DNA of 63,647 nucleotides from Octopus bimaculoides (Eukaryota), in the NCBI RefSeq assembly GCF_001194135.2, contig NC_068987.1:48162978-48226624 (forward strand), written 5' to 3'. Every line of letters begins with the position of its first letter. The stretch's first letter is position 1. Of this stretch, positions 11,865 to 26,574 are shown piece by piece. A model generated the notes under the pieces. That model was not told where the DNA came from. It did not search any database and was given only the letters and a program-made list of their open reading frames with translations. Made by a program: the position numbers and the translations under genes.

Positions 11865-14800
11865 TCCAACCTTAAACTAGAAATACAAAGATACCATACT
11901 CGTAATTTTTTTTTTTAATATTATTATGATTATTATTAGATGAAACCTTTAAAATTACTGCTGGAAAAGTTGATTGGGTATTGGGCTGTTAATTAATCTT
12001 GAATTACAGTTTCAATCCTTCCAGTGGACTTCCACACAGTTCCTAGTTTCACTAACAAGGCTTGGATCAATCTATACAGTGAGACTGAACCTTGTACCTC
12101 TTGATTGCAAAACAAACTTCTTAACCGTTTAGCCATATTTTACTTGTGCCTAGCTTGCAGTAATAAACTCAAAAATAAGTGCTGACCTTGACCTTGATTC
12201 ATGGCTGAAGCTCTTATGTTGTGACTTTGTCAATGTCATTTCTGTCACTTCCATGGCTCAGTGATTAATTCAATAATTTTATTGATATTGAGTGAGAATA
12301 GACTTTGTATGGTAGAAAAGAGAAAATAACCATCTGTACACTTGTGCCTGTGTTGTAATAAGATAGCAGCAAACAAACAAGGGATGACTTAACATTTTAT
12401 TTGAATCTCTTTAACTAATACAAAAAAAAAAAAATTCAATGCCTCATATCACTTTAAGGTCACTGGGACACTGATAATTTCATTTTCATGCTGTAAATCA
12501 AAGAAAGATATTTTTGAGTAGCCTTTTTTTTTTTACCACTTTCTTTGTCTAGGTTCATTTGAGGATTTTAGCTCAACAAAAGCTGGTGAAACATAATTAG
12601 AATATAACAAAATTTTAGAATATACGACTTTTATATTTAAAAATTATGGAATGTATAACTTTTATATATAAAAATTATATAATATGTAACATTCATATAT
12701 GAAAATTATAGAATGTATATAATAAAACATTCATGGACTGGCCTGCTATTTATAAAGTAATAACTTGTATTCCCTGATATCCAGTTAGGTCTAAATGGAC
12801 AATATTATTGAGAATGAAACATCTTTTTCACTGACTGCAATGCATATAGTAGATTAAAAAATATAAATCTTTCAATTGGTAGACTAGTAAATCCCAATGA
12901 ACGTGTGTGTGTATGTATATATATATATGACATGAGATGTTGAAATTCATGCTGTCATTTTAGAATTGTAACAAACATGAAAGAAAATGCATTAAGTATA
13001 ATATTTAAAGAATAAATGTACTGAAGGAACTTTTATTTTTAGTAATTGTACCCTATCAAATAATCTTCATTTACCCCCAGATCCCTCTTCATCCTTTTTA
13101 ACTACTCAAGCTTTTGTTACAGATGCAGGCATGGCTGTGTAGTCAAGAAGTTCACTTCCTAGCCATACGGTTTCTAGTTCAGTCTCACTGTGCAACACTT
13201 TTGGCAAGTGTCTTCTACTATGGCCCTTCTGTGTAGATTTGGAAGAGGGAAACTGAAAGAAGACTACCACATATATGTGTGTGTTTGTGTTTATGATGTA
13301 TGAAAGTTGCAAAATACAGGCAATGTTGTTGATGTCAGTTCTTTTGTCAACAAATTCACTTCCTTTTTGCCTTTGAAACCAGGTCAGATCACTTGTAAAA
13401 CAGGTAAGTAGCAAGCAGAAGGGCATTCAACTGTAAAATGGAGCCTCAATATCATACTCATCTAACCCATGCAAGCATGAAAAAAAAGAAAGGCATAAAA
13501 TGAACAATAGTATTATTTATTTTTTATGAATTTTAGTACTTTCTATTATTTGAATAATACATCCAAATGTTTCTTGCTGTTTGTAGTACATCTTACAGTG
13601 TATATTACCAAAAATATAGGTGTAGGTACAACTTCTCTTTCCTAGAACCTTTCCTTCCAGAACCATTCAGGATTACAGATTTTTACATATCACACTCTAA
13701 ATTAAGTAAATATTAAATTTGCTTAATTAAATTAAATACAAGCACCTGTACATTAGTATAAACGATACTAATTTATACTGTACTAGGCAAGATTCCTGCT
13801 AACTAGTCTGGCAGCTGCAGGAAGTTGAAGTTCCTGCTGATAAATTAGGACTACAAGAGGTTGCAGACCATCAGTGCCTAGAAAGTTGGTGTTGTATATT
13901 TTGTATTATTAAATTGTATATAATAGAGGTAAATATTAACCAATATCATTACTTTCCCTATAATTGATTAATGAGCATTAACTAATGTTCACTACTTTTC
14001 CTATAACTCTTTGTTCCAAGATATTTGAATTGTTTTTTTTTTCTGGTTTTTTTTTTTACCTTTATTTATTCACCACTCACCTCAGTCAGGTCTCAGCTCC
14101 TTTTGTTTCTTTTCATTTTGTATCAATTTTGAGGTATTTCGTTAGGAGCTGGCTACTGAGTACTGAGATTACTTCTCACCTGGGTTTAACATCAATTAAC
14201 TCATTACTTGCATAACTTTTGATATATAGATAATTAGTACAACGAAATTGTACAGTATAATTCACATTGTACAATTTTTTGTAACTGTTCTGTTTTTCAG
14301 TTCTGGGGAGGATACATTGTTGGTTGATGAGTTACATCTGTATACATGATCATATGCATCAGTATAAACTTACCATGTTTGTGTTTTGGTTTCACATTGT
14401 TACAGTTGTCCCCTTGTCAATGTTAGTCTCCACTTAAAATATTTATTCTGGATATTGAAGAACACATTTTTTGCTCTTGATTAGACATTCTTTTTTTATC
14501 AATTTACCTCTGAAAAAGAGGTAAATTTTCAAGTTTTTTATTACTTGCTTCAATATTTTTTTACACATTTCAGAATTTTATTTGTTCAATGTTTTCAGTT
14601 TATATTCTGATTTGCTGATTTCAATTTTTTTTTTTTTTTTTTTAAATTTCATGTTTAGAAACAGCTCTAATTGTCAAGTTTCTCAATTGGAAAACACTAT
14701 TATTTTGATCAAGTGATCAGATATTTGGGTCACAATGTTTAATTGATAGATTTAAGAAAATCAAACGATTCTGTTAAATAAAGTAGAATTATTAGTAATA

Positions 14801-15960
14801 TTAGTAGATTGTTAACTTATCTAGCAAACCTTAGCATTTAAAAATTTTTTCCTGATTATCTTCATACAGGTTTGCATTAGCTAGCAACTCTAGAATGTGT
14901 CTCTGGTACAACCACCCTTTTAGATGTGAGCTATATTTTAATGCAAGTTTAGTAGTTGTTGAGGTTTGAAATATATTGAGATATATTCTGACAAAGAAAT
15001 TTGAACATTTAATATTTAGTCTGTCTGTGTGTAGATTGTAGGGTCTCTTTGAGAAGTTATCTGATGTGCTTTAGCATCATTGTGCATTCATTAAACATTC
15101 AGGTACATTCATATTAAACTTGCTTCTTAGGCCACTATATCTATTCTCACTTTTCCACTTAGTCTCTAGATGCATTCTTTGATATATTCTATGTTAAGCA
15201 TTTGTTTTCTATAATTAAATGTCATTTATATACTTTAAGCGTATTGGCTACTTCAAATGAAAATACAACTGTCTTATCTTCTCAATAAATGTATTTCCTG
15301 GGTTACATGCATAACTATGTGATTAAGAAGTTTGCTTCACAACCACATAGTTCCAGATTCAATTTCACTATGCATCATCTTGGGCAAATGTCTTCTAACA
15401 TAACCTCGGACTGGTCATTGCCTTCTAAATGAAATTTAATTGGTGGAAACCATATGAGAGCCCGTCATTTATATACAAACGGCTATGTGTGTGTATATGT
15501 ATATTTATGACTATGTCTGTTTTTATTGTTAACCAATGTCAAGTTACACCCTTTTATGATTGTTGAAGATCAATAAAATAAGTAATTGGGTTGATATGCT
15601 CAACAAAAATGCCTTGAGGGTTTCTATAAATATTGGATTGCATGGCTGCAGTCCAGTGATTGAAGCCAGCAGCCATAGTAGAATACATTCTTATATTACT
15701 GTCAGTATTAGTTCCATTTATGTTTTCCTTTAAAATATGTTTGTGCAGTATGATTTCTTAATGAAAGAGATTACAGCAGCCAATAATGTTAAATGGGAAA
15801 ACGTTTCAGTAGCCAATCAATCAAGGTCACAGATTCAGAATATTGTGTGTCTTAGATAATGCAGTAGAAGCTGAGCTGCTTTAAAATCCCCCACAGTGTA
15901 AGAATTTTCAGAACCTATGGTAACATGATAAGATATGTGTGTGAGTGTGTATGTAATATA

Positions 15961-16054
<94 letters not shown>

Positions 16055-17789
16055 ATACATGATATAAGCAGCAATGAAAATGTGTATTTCTGGTTTTGTA
16101 AATTGTATTTTAACAAAACTATTTTTTAAAAATATTATTTAACAGTGAAATTTTCTGTCTACATGCTTACTAGACAGGAATAATGCCATAATTTCAAAGT
16201 AACCTGTAAACATAAGCTGGAGCAATTAAAAAACAAAATAACAATAAAGAATTTTCTAATTTTAAAGATTGTGCAAAAAGAGTTTTACATGAATACATGG
16301 AGTATTTTAAAATCTTTTCATATTGAGAACATCCAAACTGTTATACATGCCTAGCACGATTGCTAACTCATGTTTGTAGTCACATATCCATTTTTAGTTA
16401 TTCTTTTGAATAATTGTATTTTTTCTTTCTAAAAATTGCCTATGCTCTATTCCAAAGAGTATGGGAATTGCTGGCTATGCTGAAAAGTAAGACCCATGAA
16501 TGATTTTGTCCAGTGTCTCTGATCAAACATTTCAATTTTACTATTCCAATTCAACAATCATAGCCTTCTCATTGTTTACTGGAGTATAACCTAGTTGTAA
16601 TTGTATTTATGACATCCCAAATGCTGTGACTTGTACTTCTCTCTACATTACAGAAATTCTTTAAATCACAATGACATACAACTTATTCTTCCTTTCCTTA
16701 TATTCTATGCTTGAAATTCAAATAAATAAAAAGATAAAAGACTGCATTTTTCCCATCTGTTAGCAATTCACTTTCATCATTTCATTTAATGTCTATGTTT
16801 GCATGGCCTGACACCCTTCCTCTTGCCAACTCACACGAAAACAAAGTAATAATCTCCTCCTTAGCAAGCACGTGTTCACAGAAGACTAAAAATGAACATC
16901 ATTCTTATGATAGTTATACTCATTTACAGCCATCAAATGATGTCAAGGCAAGGGTACACACACACCCACACACTTCAAGAAGCAGCAGGTTCAAGACAGC
17001 CTCTTCTTCGGTGTGTTGTGACAAACGTGTTTGAGAACAATCTTAGGATAGTAGTTCTTTCTGGCAGAGCTTGGGTAGAAGGCTTGTGTGGATACAACTG
17101 TTAAGTTTTGCTGGTTCCAGTGACCTTATGTTTGGAGGGATTGTTGCCAATTGCATCTCAAGGTAAAAGCAACCTTTATTTGTGCTTTACAACTATAATA
17201 TGGGTTTCTTTCAGTTTCCATCTACCAAATCCACTCACAAGGTTTTGGTCAGCCCAAGACTATAGCCCAAGGTGCTGCACAGGAGACTAAACTTGAGACC
17301 ACACAGTTGGGATGCAAGCTTCTTAACCACACAACTATACCTGTCTATAAACTTTGGCAGCTTGAAAATAGAAAACTAGATCTGGATAAATCTGTCTACA
17401 TTTTATTTCTCTTCTCCAGATATAATATAAGGAAGAAACAGACATTATATGCCTTCATCTTGATTCAGGTACTATCAATAACCTGAAGAGTGATTGATAT
17501 AAAATTTACCAACAACACAGTACCAATAATGGGATATGCATCAACCTGTAAACTGGCACCCTAGTATCACAATCAGTTGTGATATCTAAGTAGCATTTAA
17601 CTTATAAAATTAATCTTTCAACTATTGACATCTATGAGGCAGTTGATAATTATTCTTTTCTATGGTACATAAATTCAGTCATTCAAAGTTGAGTTGGAGC
17701 AGTTTCAAATAATCCGAATTATAAAGAAGCGCATCATATGAATTAAACTAGACAGTTTGAATCATGTGATATGCTTTCTCCATCATATA

Positions 17790-17993
17790 TTAATCCTTTT
17801 GAAACCAGCCCACCTAAGACTGAAACTACTACGATACAAATTCTCTATTTTAAAGTAATCTAAATGAAGACCTTTTTGCAAAATGTTGTTCCAGACATAA
17901 ATAACAATGACAAAGTTACTTCAATAAATTTTTCATTATTTTCAAAATTAATTGAAATGAAGGCAGTATTCAACAGAAATACAAAAGGGTTAA
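17790..17993. mobile_element. Second TTAA MITE family; other copies at about 41181-41397 and 50635-50858, fragments near 39565, 55100 and 57150
   Basis: ttaa-tcctttt...aaaaggg-ttaa termini and shared internal ctgttgaaatacactgcc motif. Confidence 0.6.
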
Positions 17994-18783
17994 AGTTGAA
18001 GCCACTAAAATAATTCTAGAAAGATCTAGGAAACATTAGAAAGGCAGAAAACATTAAAGTATCAGTGATTGAGAGACCTTAAGATATATATATATATATA
18101 TATATATATTTGTCCCTTGATATTTTAAGTTCAAATCTTGTCAAGGTCACTTTTACTTATCATTTATCTGTAGTTTTTGATCAGATAAAGTTAAATCTAG
18201 TTGTAAATAATTAGGCTTGTGGTTAGTGAAAAAACACCATTAATAATAAATAGGACTGGTTCATCAAAGTTGCTTGAAAAATCTTGTTTGCATTTTAAAG
18301 TTATATATAGTTTAATATATTATTGCAAAAAATGTTTTACGGGTAAAACTCTCTACTAACTGAAATATAATTGTGCTTTATTCTAAACCACTCATATCTC
18401 ATGCAAATTTTCAAATGTGGACCAGCCGTTTATTTTTCACTTTAACCATTAATACTTTGCTATATTAGTTACACTTTTCCTACATTTATCTTCAATATCC
18501 TCCTCGAGTTTCAGATTATTTCATAGATTAGTTATTTTTTATAGGTCAACACACCTGTTTAAAAATAGACACATTAAGAAAGCAATATATAATAAAGATT
18601 TTTTTTTTGTAAATTTAAAATATTCCAGACTATCTTTTCTAATGTGGTTTACCAATTTTATTTGATGACATTAAATAAAAGAAGGTTTGTCAAGCTAATG
18701 TGAAATTTAGAATTATTTGTTTTATGTATTTTCACAAAACAAAATTAGTGTTGGAAGAAAAATGATGTCAAGGCAAGGGTACA

Positions 18784-19032
18784 CAAATGATGTCAAGGCA
18801 AGGGTACACACACACCCACACACTTCAAGAAGCAGCAGGTTCAAGACAGCCTCTTCTTCGGTGTGTTGTGACAAACGTGTTTGAGAACAATCTTAGGATA
18901 GTAGTTCTTTCTGGCAGAGCTTGGGTAGAAGGCTTGTGTGGATACAACTGTTAAGTTTTGCTGGTTCCAGTGACCTTATGTTTGGAGGGATTGTTGCCAA
19001 TTGCATCTCAAGGTAAAAGCAACCTTTATTTG
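18784..19032 (+). repeat. Exact 249-bp duplicate of 16934-17182
   Basis: No mismatch seen by eye at offset 1850. Preceded by a 25-bp partial copy at 18760-18784. Confidence 0.95.
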
Positions 19033-21000
19033 ACATCATGTTTGTTTCTATAACTGAGATAAAGGTGTGATAAATCACAACAGTATCATTGTCTGAATCC
19101 TAACATGAAGTTTATTTTACTTAAAATAATGTTTTTGGTTTAGACACAAAGCCAACAAGAGGAATGCGTTAGTCAATAGCATTAACCCCAGTACTTAACT
19201 GGTACTTTATCAATTATGAAAGGATAAAAGGCAAAGTTGACCTCATCAGGAGTTGAACTCAGAACATAAAGTACTGGAAAATTGCTGCTAAGCATTTTTC
19301 CACTGTGCTAACTATTCTGCCAGGTTATGCTCTGGTACACTACAAGTCATTGGAACAAGGTTACAAGAAGAGTCAGGAAGTAGACATATAAGTAAAGAAA
19401 AATGGCAATGAAAGCCGAAAGTGCATGCACAGTACACAATAAAACACGAGACAAGAAAATAAACAGTAAAAGAGCCAATTGAGGTAAAAGTGCACAAGCA
19501 TGTTGGGAGTAGCGTTTTGCAAAGCAAGAAATTTTCGAAGGATGTGATGTCCTGACAGCAAATAACCAACATTGATAATTTATTTCATGCTTTGACAATT
19601 TTGAACATGAAAAATGATTCCAAAAGTCATGGGTGCTCTGCTGTTTTTATTTGCTTTGGTTATTGCCAGATATCTTTCCTGTTGCCAATCCTTACTTGTT
19701 TCCAAGTAAGGTAATATTTCCCCATGTTTTTCATGGAAGTCTGGAAACAAGCAATGCTTGTTTGACAATGATATTCATTTACAACTATCACATGATGTCA
19801 AGACAAGGATGCACACACACAATAGGCTTCTTTCAGTTTCCATCTACCAAATCCATTCACGAGGCTTTGGTCAACTGAGGTTATATAGAAGACACTTGCC
19901 CTAGGTGATATGCAGTGGGACTGAACCTGAAACCACATGGCTGGGAAGCAAGCTTCTTAACCAAACAGCCATGCTGCATTGATCTTGATTAGGAAACAAT
20001 TAATCAAGGTAAATTCAGATTATTTTGTTTACTTATTCTACTTGCTTTGGGGAATAATAGATAAAACATGTCTGGGAAGGTTAGAATAAGGAAGTAATAA
20101 AATGTGATGACACAGGATTGAAGGAAGTGAAACTGGTAGTGAAGCTGCAGGAAGTGCAAGGTCTAGCAAGTTTTGTCATTGTATTTAGAAGGGGAGTTGC
20201 TGGCCTTGTAATATAGAATTAAATAAGGAAGACCTACTAGATGCAAAGTGAAATGGAAAAGGTACTGGGGTTGAAAGTCTATAGTGAGCTTGAAGGGTTT
20301 AAATAGACTTAAGAGTAAGTGAATGTGTTTGCTATTGAAATCAGAAGTTTGGTGGGGTTGGCTTGATTTACTATAGAAGGGTTGGAAAATATAGTCATTT
20401 GGGTTCACAACTGGCTTCCCTTGTGGCATTTCAGTAGGGCTGTACAGTTGCTGGACATAGAGACAATGGCCATAAACTATTTAGTGAGTAGGACTGGGGT
20501 GTCAGTGAACAAAATAAAGCTCGTGGCTATAGTGGTATCAGGTGTAATGAGGTAACAAGCTTTGATTAGTGAGGAACCAACAAGAGCAAAGAGAACAACT
20601 ACAAATATTCAAGGAGCAGTGCTTTAGATACCAAAGACGGCATGTGGTCATGGATTGTAAAAGTTCTGGTCAGAATTGATTTGCTACTGATGTGACCAAG
20701 CTGGTCATATTGCAAGCTATTGTCAGGGAAGAGATGACAAGGGCCTGCTGTGCTGGTAGCTGTCCCATCAACCAAGAGAGGTGCTCTTACATTCATTATT
20801 CACAATGGAAGTTCAAGTGAAAGGAGTGAGACCTCATTGACATAGGCTGCATGAACACTTTAGTGGTTGGTAGATAGCTGGGTTGAGATGGGTAGCACAA
20901 TGGCAGTAACTGGCTGGCAGGTTAGGCATGAGGATACCCAAACTTTAGAGTTGACAGTATGTGGAAATTGATTGAAGGGCAAGATGATCATGATCAATTA

Positions 21001-21340
21001 CAAGGGTGAACTGAAAAGTTCATAAGCTGACTATGAAGTAGTGCAACCCTTCTTATTAATAACTTCATTGTTTCCTTTCAAGTAAACTTACATCTGACTC
21101 TTCAAAAGTAACTAGTAGCAACTTCTGTTGAAAATTGAGAAAAATTTGGCATCATGGTGTTATTAAGTACCTGCAAAAAAAGGGTTTAGTCCCCAAGGAC
21201 ATGGTTGCTACATTATGGGGATGATGCTCCAGCTTTTTCAACAGTTCAAAAGTGTGCAGCTGAATTTAGGAGTGGAAGGGAGAGTCTTGAAGATGATCCA
21301 AAGTCTGGACATCCAACAACTGCCATTTCTAATAAAAACA
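21001..21340 (+). mobile_element. Mariner 5' portion
   Basis: TA then TIR caagggtgaactgaaaagttc. Encodes AEFRSGRESLEDDPKSGHP (HTH region). Confidence 0.85.
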
Positions 21341-22138
21341 TTCAGCCTATGTCCACTCACCCACCCACCTACAATCAATTCCAGTGATTTTCAGTCAACC
21401 ACAAACTTTACAATTAATATAGGATTTCTGCTGCTGTCATGACCATTTCATTCACCATAAGTGACCCCTTTCATTTTATCCAATATTGTCTTGAGGATTG
21501 CGATCATGATATTTGGCACAGAGTTCAGTACAAACCCCATGCTAGTCAGACAGTCTTAACTTTGTATTTCTGTACTTGATACTTCCATAATTTCTCAGCT
21601 ACACACAGCTGTAGGTAAGCCATTGTCTGTTAATAATTGTAGTGCCCACTCTCAATATTTATCTGTGACTTCATTGTCTACATGACATTTCACATGGCTC
21701 ATTCAGTTCCCACCAACAGGATTTTGTCTTTCATTGACTGAATGATGGGGAGAAAGTGGAGAATGGCAACAGTCCACCCTCAACTTCTTCCTTCACATTA
21801 GAATACTTTCTTCAGCCCATCTTTCTACTTCTCTCTCAAAATTGACTCTTGCCCACCTTTAAAAAATACTTATTGAAGCTTACCTTATTTGTTAACACAA
21901 GAAGCTTTCCCTTCCAGAACCATTAGAATGTCTATTGTTTGCTGTCAAACTTGGCAGAGACATTCTTGTTCTCAATCACAGAAAAAATATTTCCTTACTC
22001 AGAGTTCATTTCTACAGTTTCATAGATCCTGCTTTTTGCACATGGTATATCATACCCTTCCATCTTTACTAACCATAACATTTATTAGCTGGTCAATCAC
22101 ATCCATACACATCACTCCATCAACAAATTGACACTGTA

Positions 22139-23100
22139 CAAGAGTTGGTTGAATAGTTCATAGGCTGAGTAAGATACTTTCATGGAATGTAACCATATGA
22201 GGTTTATTTTTCAACATTGTCCCCTTTGCAACCCACACACTTCTTCCATCAGTGTTGTAGAGTTTGGATCCCGTTGACGTAGAAGCTTTCATCCTGTTGG
22301 TCAAGAAAGTCATCAACAACAGATATGATGTCATCATGACTGCAATACTGGTTCACGGCCAAGTGATTTTTCTTATTGGGGAAAAGATGATAGTTTGATG
22401 AAGCCAAATCAGATTAGGGAGGCTGCTCAACCAGTTCAAAGTCACAGTCATGCACAGAAGCCATTGAAACTAAGGACCTGTGTGCTGGAGCATTGCCCTG
22501 CTGAAATAAGACCCCTTTCATCAGTTTTCCTGGGCAATTGGTCTTGATAGCCTTTCATATCTGCCTCAGTAAGTTGGTACAGTACTCTCTGTTGATGGTG
22601 TGGCCCTTTTGAAGATAGCCAATAAACAATGCCTTTTGCACCCCAAAAAGCTGAGGCCATCACCTTCCCTGCTGATGAGGTGACCTTGCCTTCTTTGGAG
22701 CAGGTGAGGAGGGGTGTTTCCACTGCATGGATTATCTCTTTGTTTCTGGCTCAAAGTGATGAAGCTAACACTCATCCTAGCTTTGGAAACATTCAAGGAA
22801 ACCAGGTGGATCTGCTTGAAACAATGTCAGATTTCCCCATGTTGTAATCAGCCTGGTATGCTTTGATCAGGCGTCAGAAGACATGACACCCACCAAGCAG
22901 AAACCTTCATCAGGCCAAATTCATTGAGCAGAATATTCTCAACTCTTTCCCAGGATATGCTTATAACATTGACTATTTGATTTACAGTCACTCTCCATGC
23001 GGTGAACATAATGACTGTTTTCATCAGAGATGGCAGCTGCTGGATGTCCAGACCTTGGATCATCTTCAAGACTCTCCCTTCCACTCCTAAATTCAGCTGT
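22139..23100 (-). mobile_element. Mariner remainder (3' portion with TIR), same element as 21001-21340
   Basis: KVSAWWV and AGKVMASAFWGAKGIV motifs. TIR and TA at 22137-22138. Confidence 0.85.
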
Positions 23101-26100
23101 AGAAAGATAAGACAGGTATGCTGGTATTTTGAAGGAAATGAAATTCCAGATCTGAAATCCAATTTGAGTTAACAGAACAGTTCTCTGTGTGTAGCTGACA
23201 GGCTGCCATATTGTTGAATGACTGAAAACTGCATATAGCTATATGAAGAGGAGACCTAACAGTGAACAGGAGATATATGAAACAAAGACATTGTGGAAAA
23301 TATGAGGAAACTGGTATGTGGCTAAGTTGAAGAAGTGAGTTATATGGTGTGGTACTTGTAGTACAGCAATGGGACTGTAGTTTAGAGAAAAGTGGTGTTG
23401 AGATGAGAATACAGATTCACTTAAGATGAAAGAAAAATTATTGCAATGACATCAGTGTATTGAATACTTTGTCAATGGGTGTAAGTTTGACCCTGAAGTG
23501 ATGGTTGCATGATATTGAAATCTGTACTGATTTGGCTTCAGGGTTTGGATGGGTGATAATTAGTGAAAAGAAAAGTTTGAACAAAAGGAGATGTGGAGAT
23601 ACTTATTAATTGATGTCTGGAACTTCTGAGAAAGTTGACTACCGAATTTAACCTGAAGTAGTGAGAGGAATATAACATGTTTTTATTTGGGCAAGGAAAA
23701 CCTAGTTGGAGGTGCCAGAGGATTTACAGAGGTGAATGGCCATAGTGTGCTATTTGAAGAACCAGGGGCTGAAGAGAATAAATAAAATGCACCATATGGA
23801 GGTGATAGGACTTTATTTTTAAGCCGAAAAGTTAACCCTGATGTCATTAGGAAGAGTTTTTAAGAAGTTTGGTGAATAGTTGTGACAGGTTACTTAATAC
23901 CAAGTATACCTGAGGCAAGAGGGATTTGAGTGGAAGCCAATTGGAAGTGATTGACAGTTGATATGATGCATTATCAGCAAAGGTTGTATCTCTCTATGAT
24001 TGATTGTGGATCTTGGAGATTCGACTATATGGAAGGAGATTAAGATGAAGTCTATGGTTGAGGTTTTAAAGGTTGTGGATGAATATTTTTTCTAGAGAGA
24101 CCCAGTGGATGAAATACTGATAAACAACAGTACCATATCTCATTCTGAATTGCTGAAGTACCGGACAAGGAAAATGTCGAACATTTCTTCAGTTTCATGC
24201 AGACCAAGTGGGAATGGAATCATAGAAAGACACCATCAAATAATCAAGACCATGACTTCTAAACAAAGTACCAGTGGGAACTGGGAAGGAAGAAGGATCT
24301 GCATGTGTCCAGATTGGAAATGAGGTTTGGGTGAAGTGACTTGAAAGGCAGTGTGATAAAGTCTAATTGGTGGAATAACATTTCTGTTGATGAAATGTTG
24401 TGTCACATAATGTTGTCAGTTCATTGGATGATTAAGCCAACTTCATGGTGTAATTAAGGTTGCAGAAAAAGTAATGTCTAGTTCAGTGAACAAGTGATTA
24501 TGAAATACTGGGAAGGTTAGAATAAGGCTAGATTTTTTCAGTTGTAGATAAATGTACCTAGAAATGAAGGTCATTGTTGAGGGGTTTTTTCTGGTTATTT
24601 AAATTTTGTTTTTAGTTTACTGTTGCATGAAGTAATCTTTAGATCAAGTGGGTATGTGATATTATGGACTGAGGTGGATGTGAGCAGACTCAATGCTTGT
24701 GCATAGAGCTGAGAAAATGAAAGTGCAGGAATTTGATGGACAAATAACATCTCTGGTAGCCATTGGAACTCAAATCTTTCAGCTTGCTCCCTGTAACTTC
24801 TTTAAATGCATTTTGATACAACTTGGTATAGGAAGCCATTAACCAAGGTAAGGCCAGGTTATTTTTCCATTCACCAATTCCAACTCAATATTTTAAAGTT
24901 TTTAAGGCAGCGAACTGGCAGAAACACTAGCACTCTGGGTGAAATGCTTAGCGAGATTTCATTTGTCTTTACATTCTGAGTTCAGATTTCGCCAAGGTTG
25001 ACTTTGCCTTTCATCTTTTGGGGGGTCAATAAATTAAGTACCAGTTGCATACTGGGGTCGATCTAATCAACTGTCCCCCTCCCCAAAAATGTTGGGCCTT
25101 GTGCTTAGAGTAGAAAAGAATATTTTAAAGTTTTAAAAGAAATTATAATTTTTTTCCAATTGTTTCAATATTTCACTTAGGCATTGCAAGACTAATAGCC
25201 TTGTATAAACTCGAAAACTAGATTTATTCAGTTATTTATTAATAATTAAGTCTAGCTAGATAGCTCAGCATTTATTTAAATTAATAAGGGATTGGTGTTA
25301 CTAAACTTACAAACATAGAAAAACTCACTGAGTGACTATTTTGTGTTCCTAATATAATTTCTGTTTTTCATTTATGTATCCAAATCACTTCTTACTGAAG
25401 CATTGTACAATACTAATAGTATGTACACCCTTCCTCAAAAGCAGTTAACATAGTAACCAGTAGAAACTTTAGTTACTACAGGATCTTTTATTCATAACCA
25501 GACTTTGTGCTGTATAAACATGCATACAATAGATACTGAGAAGATGTAAACTTAACATTGCTGAATAAAGCTGCACATTGTTTCATAAAATAAATGTCAT
25601 ATGATAAAATAATATGTCATGTTTATACAACACACATTCAACAGAGAGTTTCTAATAGTTTCTGAATGCATGTTTCTGATGAAATATGTGTACTTGGTGT
25701 CTAGAACATTATATTCGTGTCTTTAAATAGATAGCTATATGCATGTAATAGACTATATATAATCCTTGTACTTTAGAGAACTTTAATGTTTTTGTTGTTT
25801 TTTTATATAAAAATCATAAGCATACATATTTTGTTCTTAGAACATTCAGAATACTCAGATTTTTATTTGAAATATATTCATCAGATCAAAGCATGATAAT
25901 ACATTTCAAATATTTCTTATAAGATGAATTTCAGAATCTCGTTCCTTAACATCAAAATTAATTGGTTGAAATTTGCTAAAATTTTTATAATGTTTACCAA
26001 AGATTCTATGGTACAGCAGCAACAGCATTTCTACGCAACTTTTTTATACAGTTAAATGGTAGGCATACTTTTCCATCTTAGCTTAAGTTTTGCTTGTTGG

Positions 26101-26539
26101 ATTTGACAATTAATTTTTTTTCTCTCACTACACACCTTTTATTTTGCAAGAACTTTAGTCTGTCTGTTATAGATATTTTTTAGTTTATTAACCCCTTTCA
26201 GTATCAACCTCTGATCACAATGTTGACTGCATAAATCATTTGTCTTGACTTTACAGGAATTTTTCATTTTCCACATTTCAATAATAGTAATAATCACAAG
26301 GCCTGAAATTTTGGGGGGCAAGAAGTCAACTACATCAACTCCAGTACTCAAATGATACTTGTTTCATTGACCCCCAACAGAATGAAAAGCAAAGTCAACC
26401 TCAGCAGAATTTGAACTCAGAACATAAAGCCAGAAGATATGCCACTTAGCATTTTTCCAATATGCTAATGATTCTGTCAATGTGTTTCCGTAATAATGAT
26501 AATTATAAAAATTCTTTCTAATTTTAGCACAAATGCTAC

Positions 26540-26571
<32 letters not shown>

Positions 26572-26574
26572 ATG

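Larger units (their letters stand above)
20050..24650 (+). mobile_element. Degraded Ty3/Gypsy LTR retrotransposon, interrupted by a mariner and internally inverted; boundaries approximate
   Basis: Zinc knuckle CY*CDQAGHIASYC at about 20682-20725 (+). RT peptides FEREVERWAEESIL and GFVLNSVPNIM on the minus strand at 21400-22135. Integrase peptide RPSGNGIIERHHQIIKTM at about 24200 (+). Confidence 0.7.
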
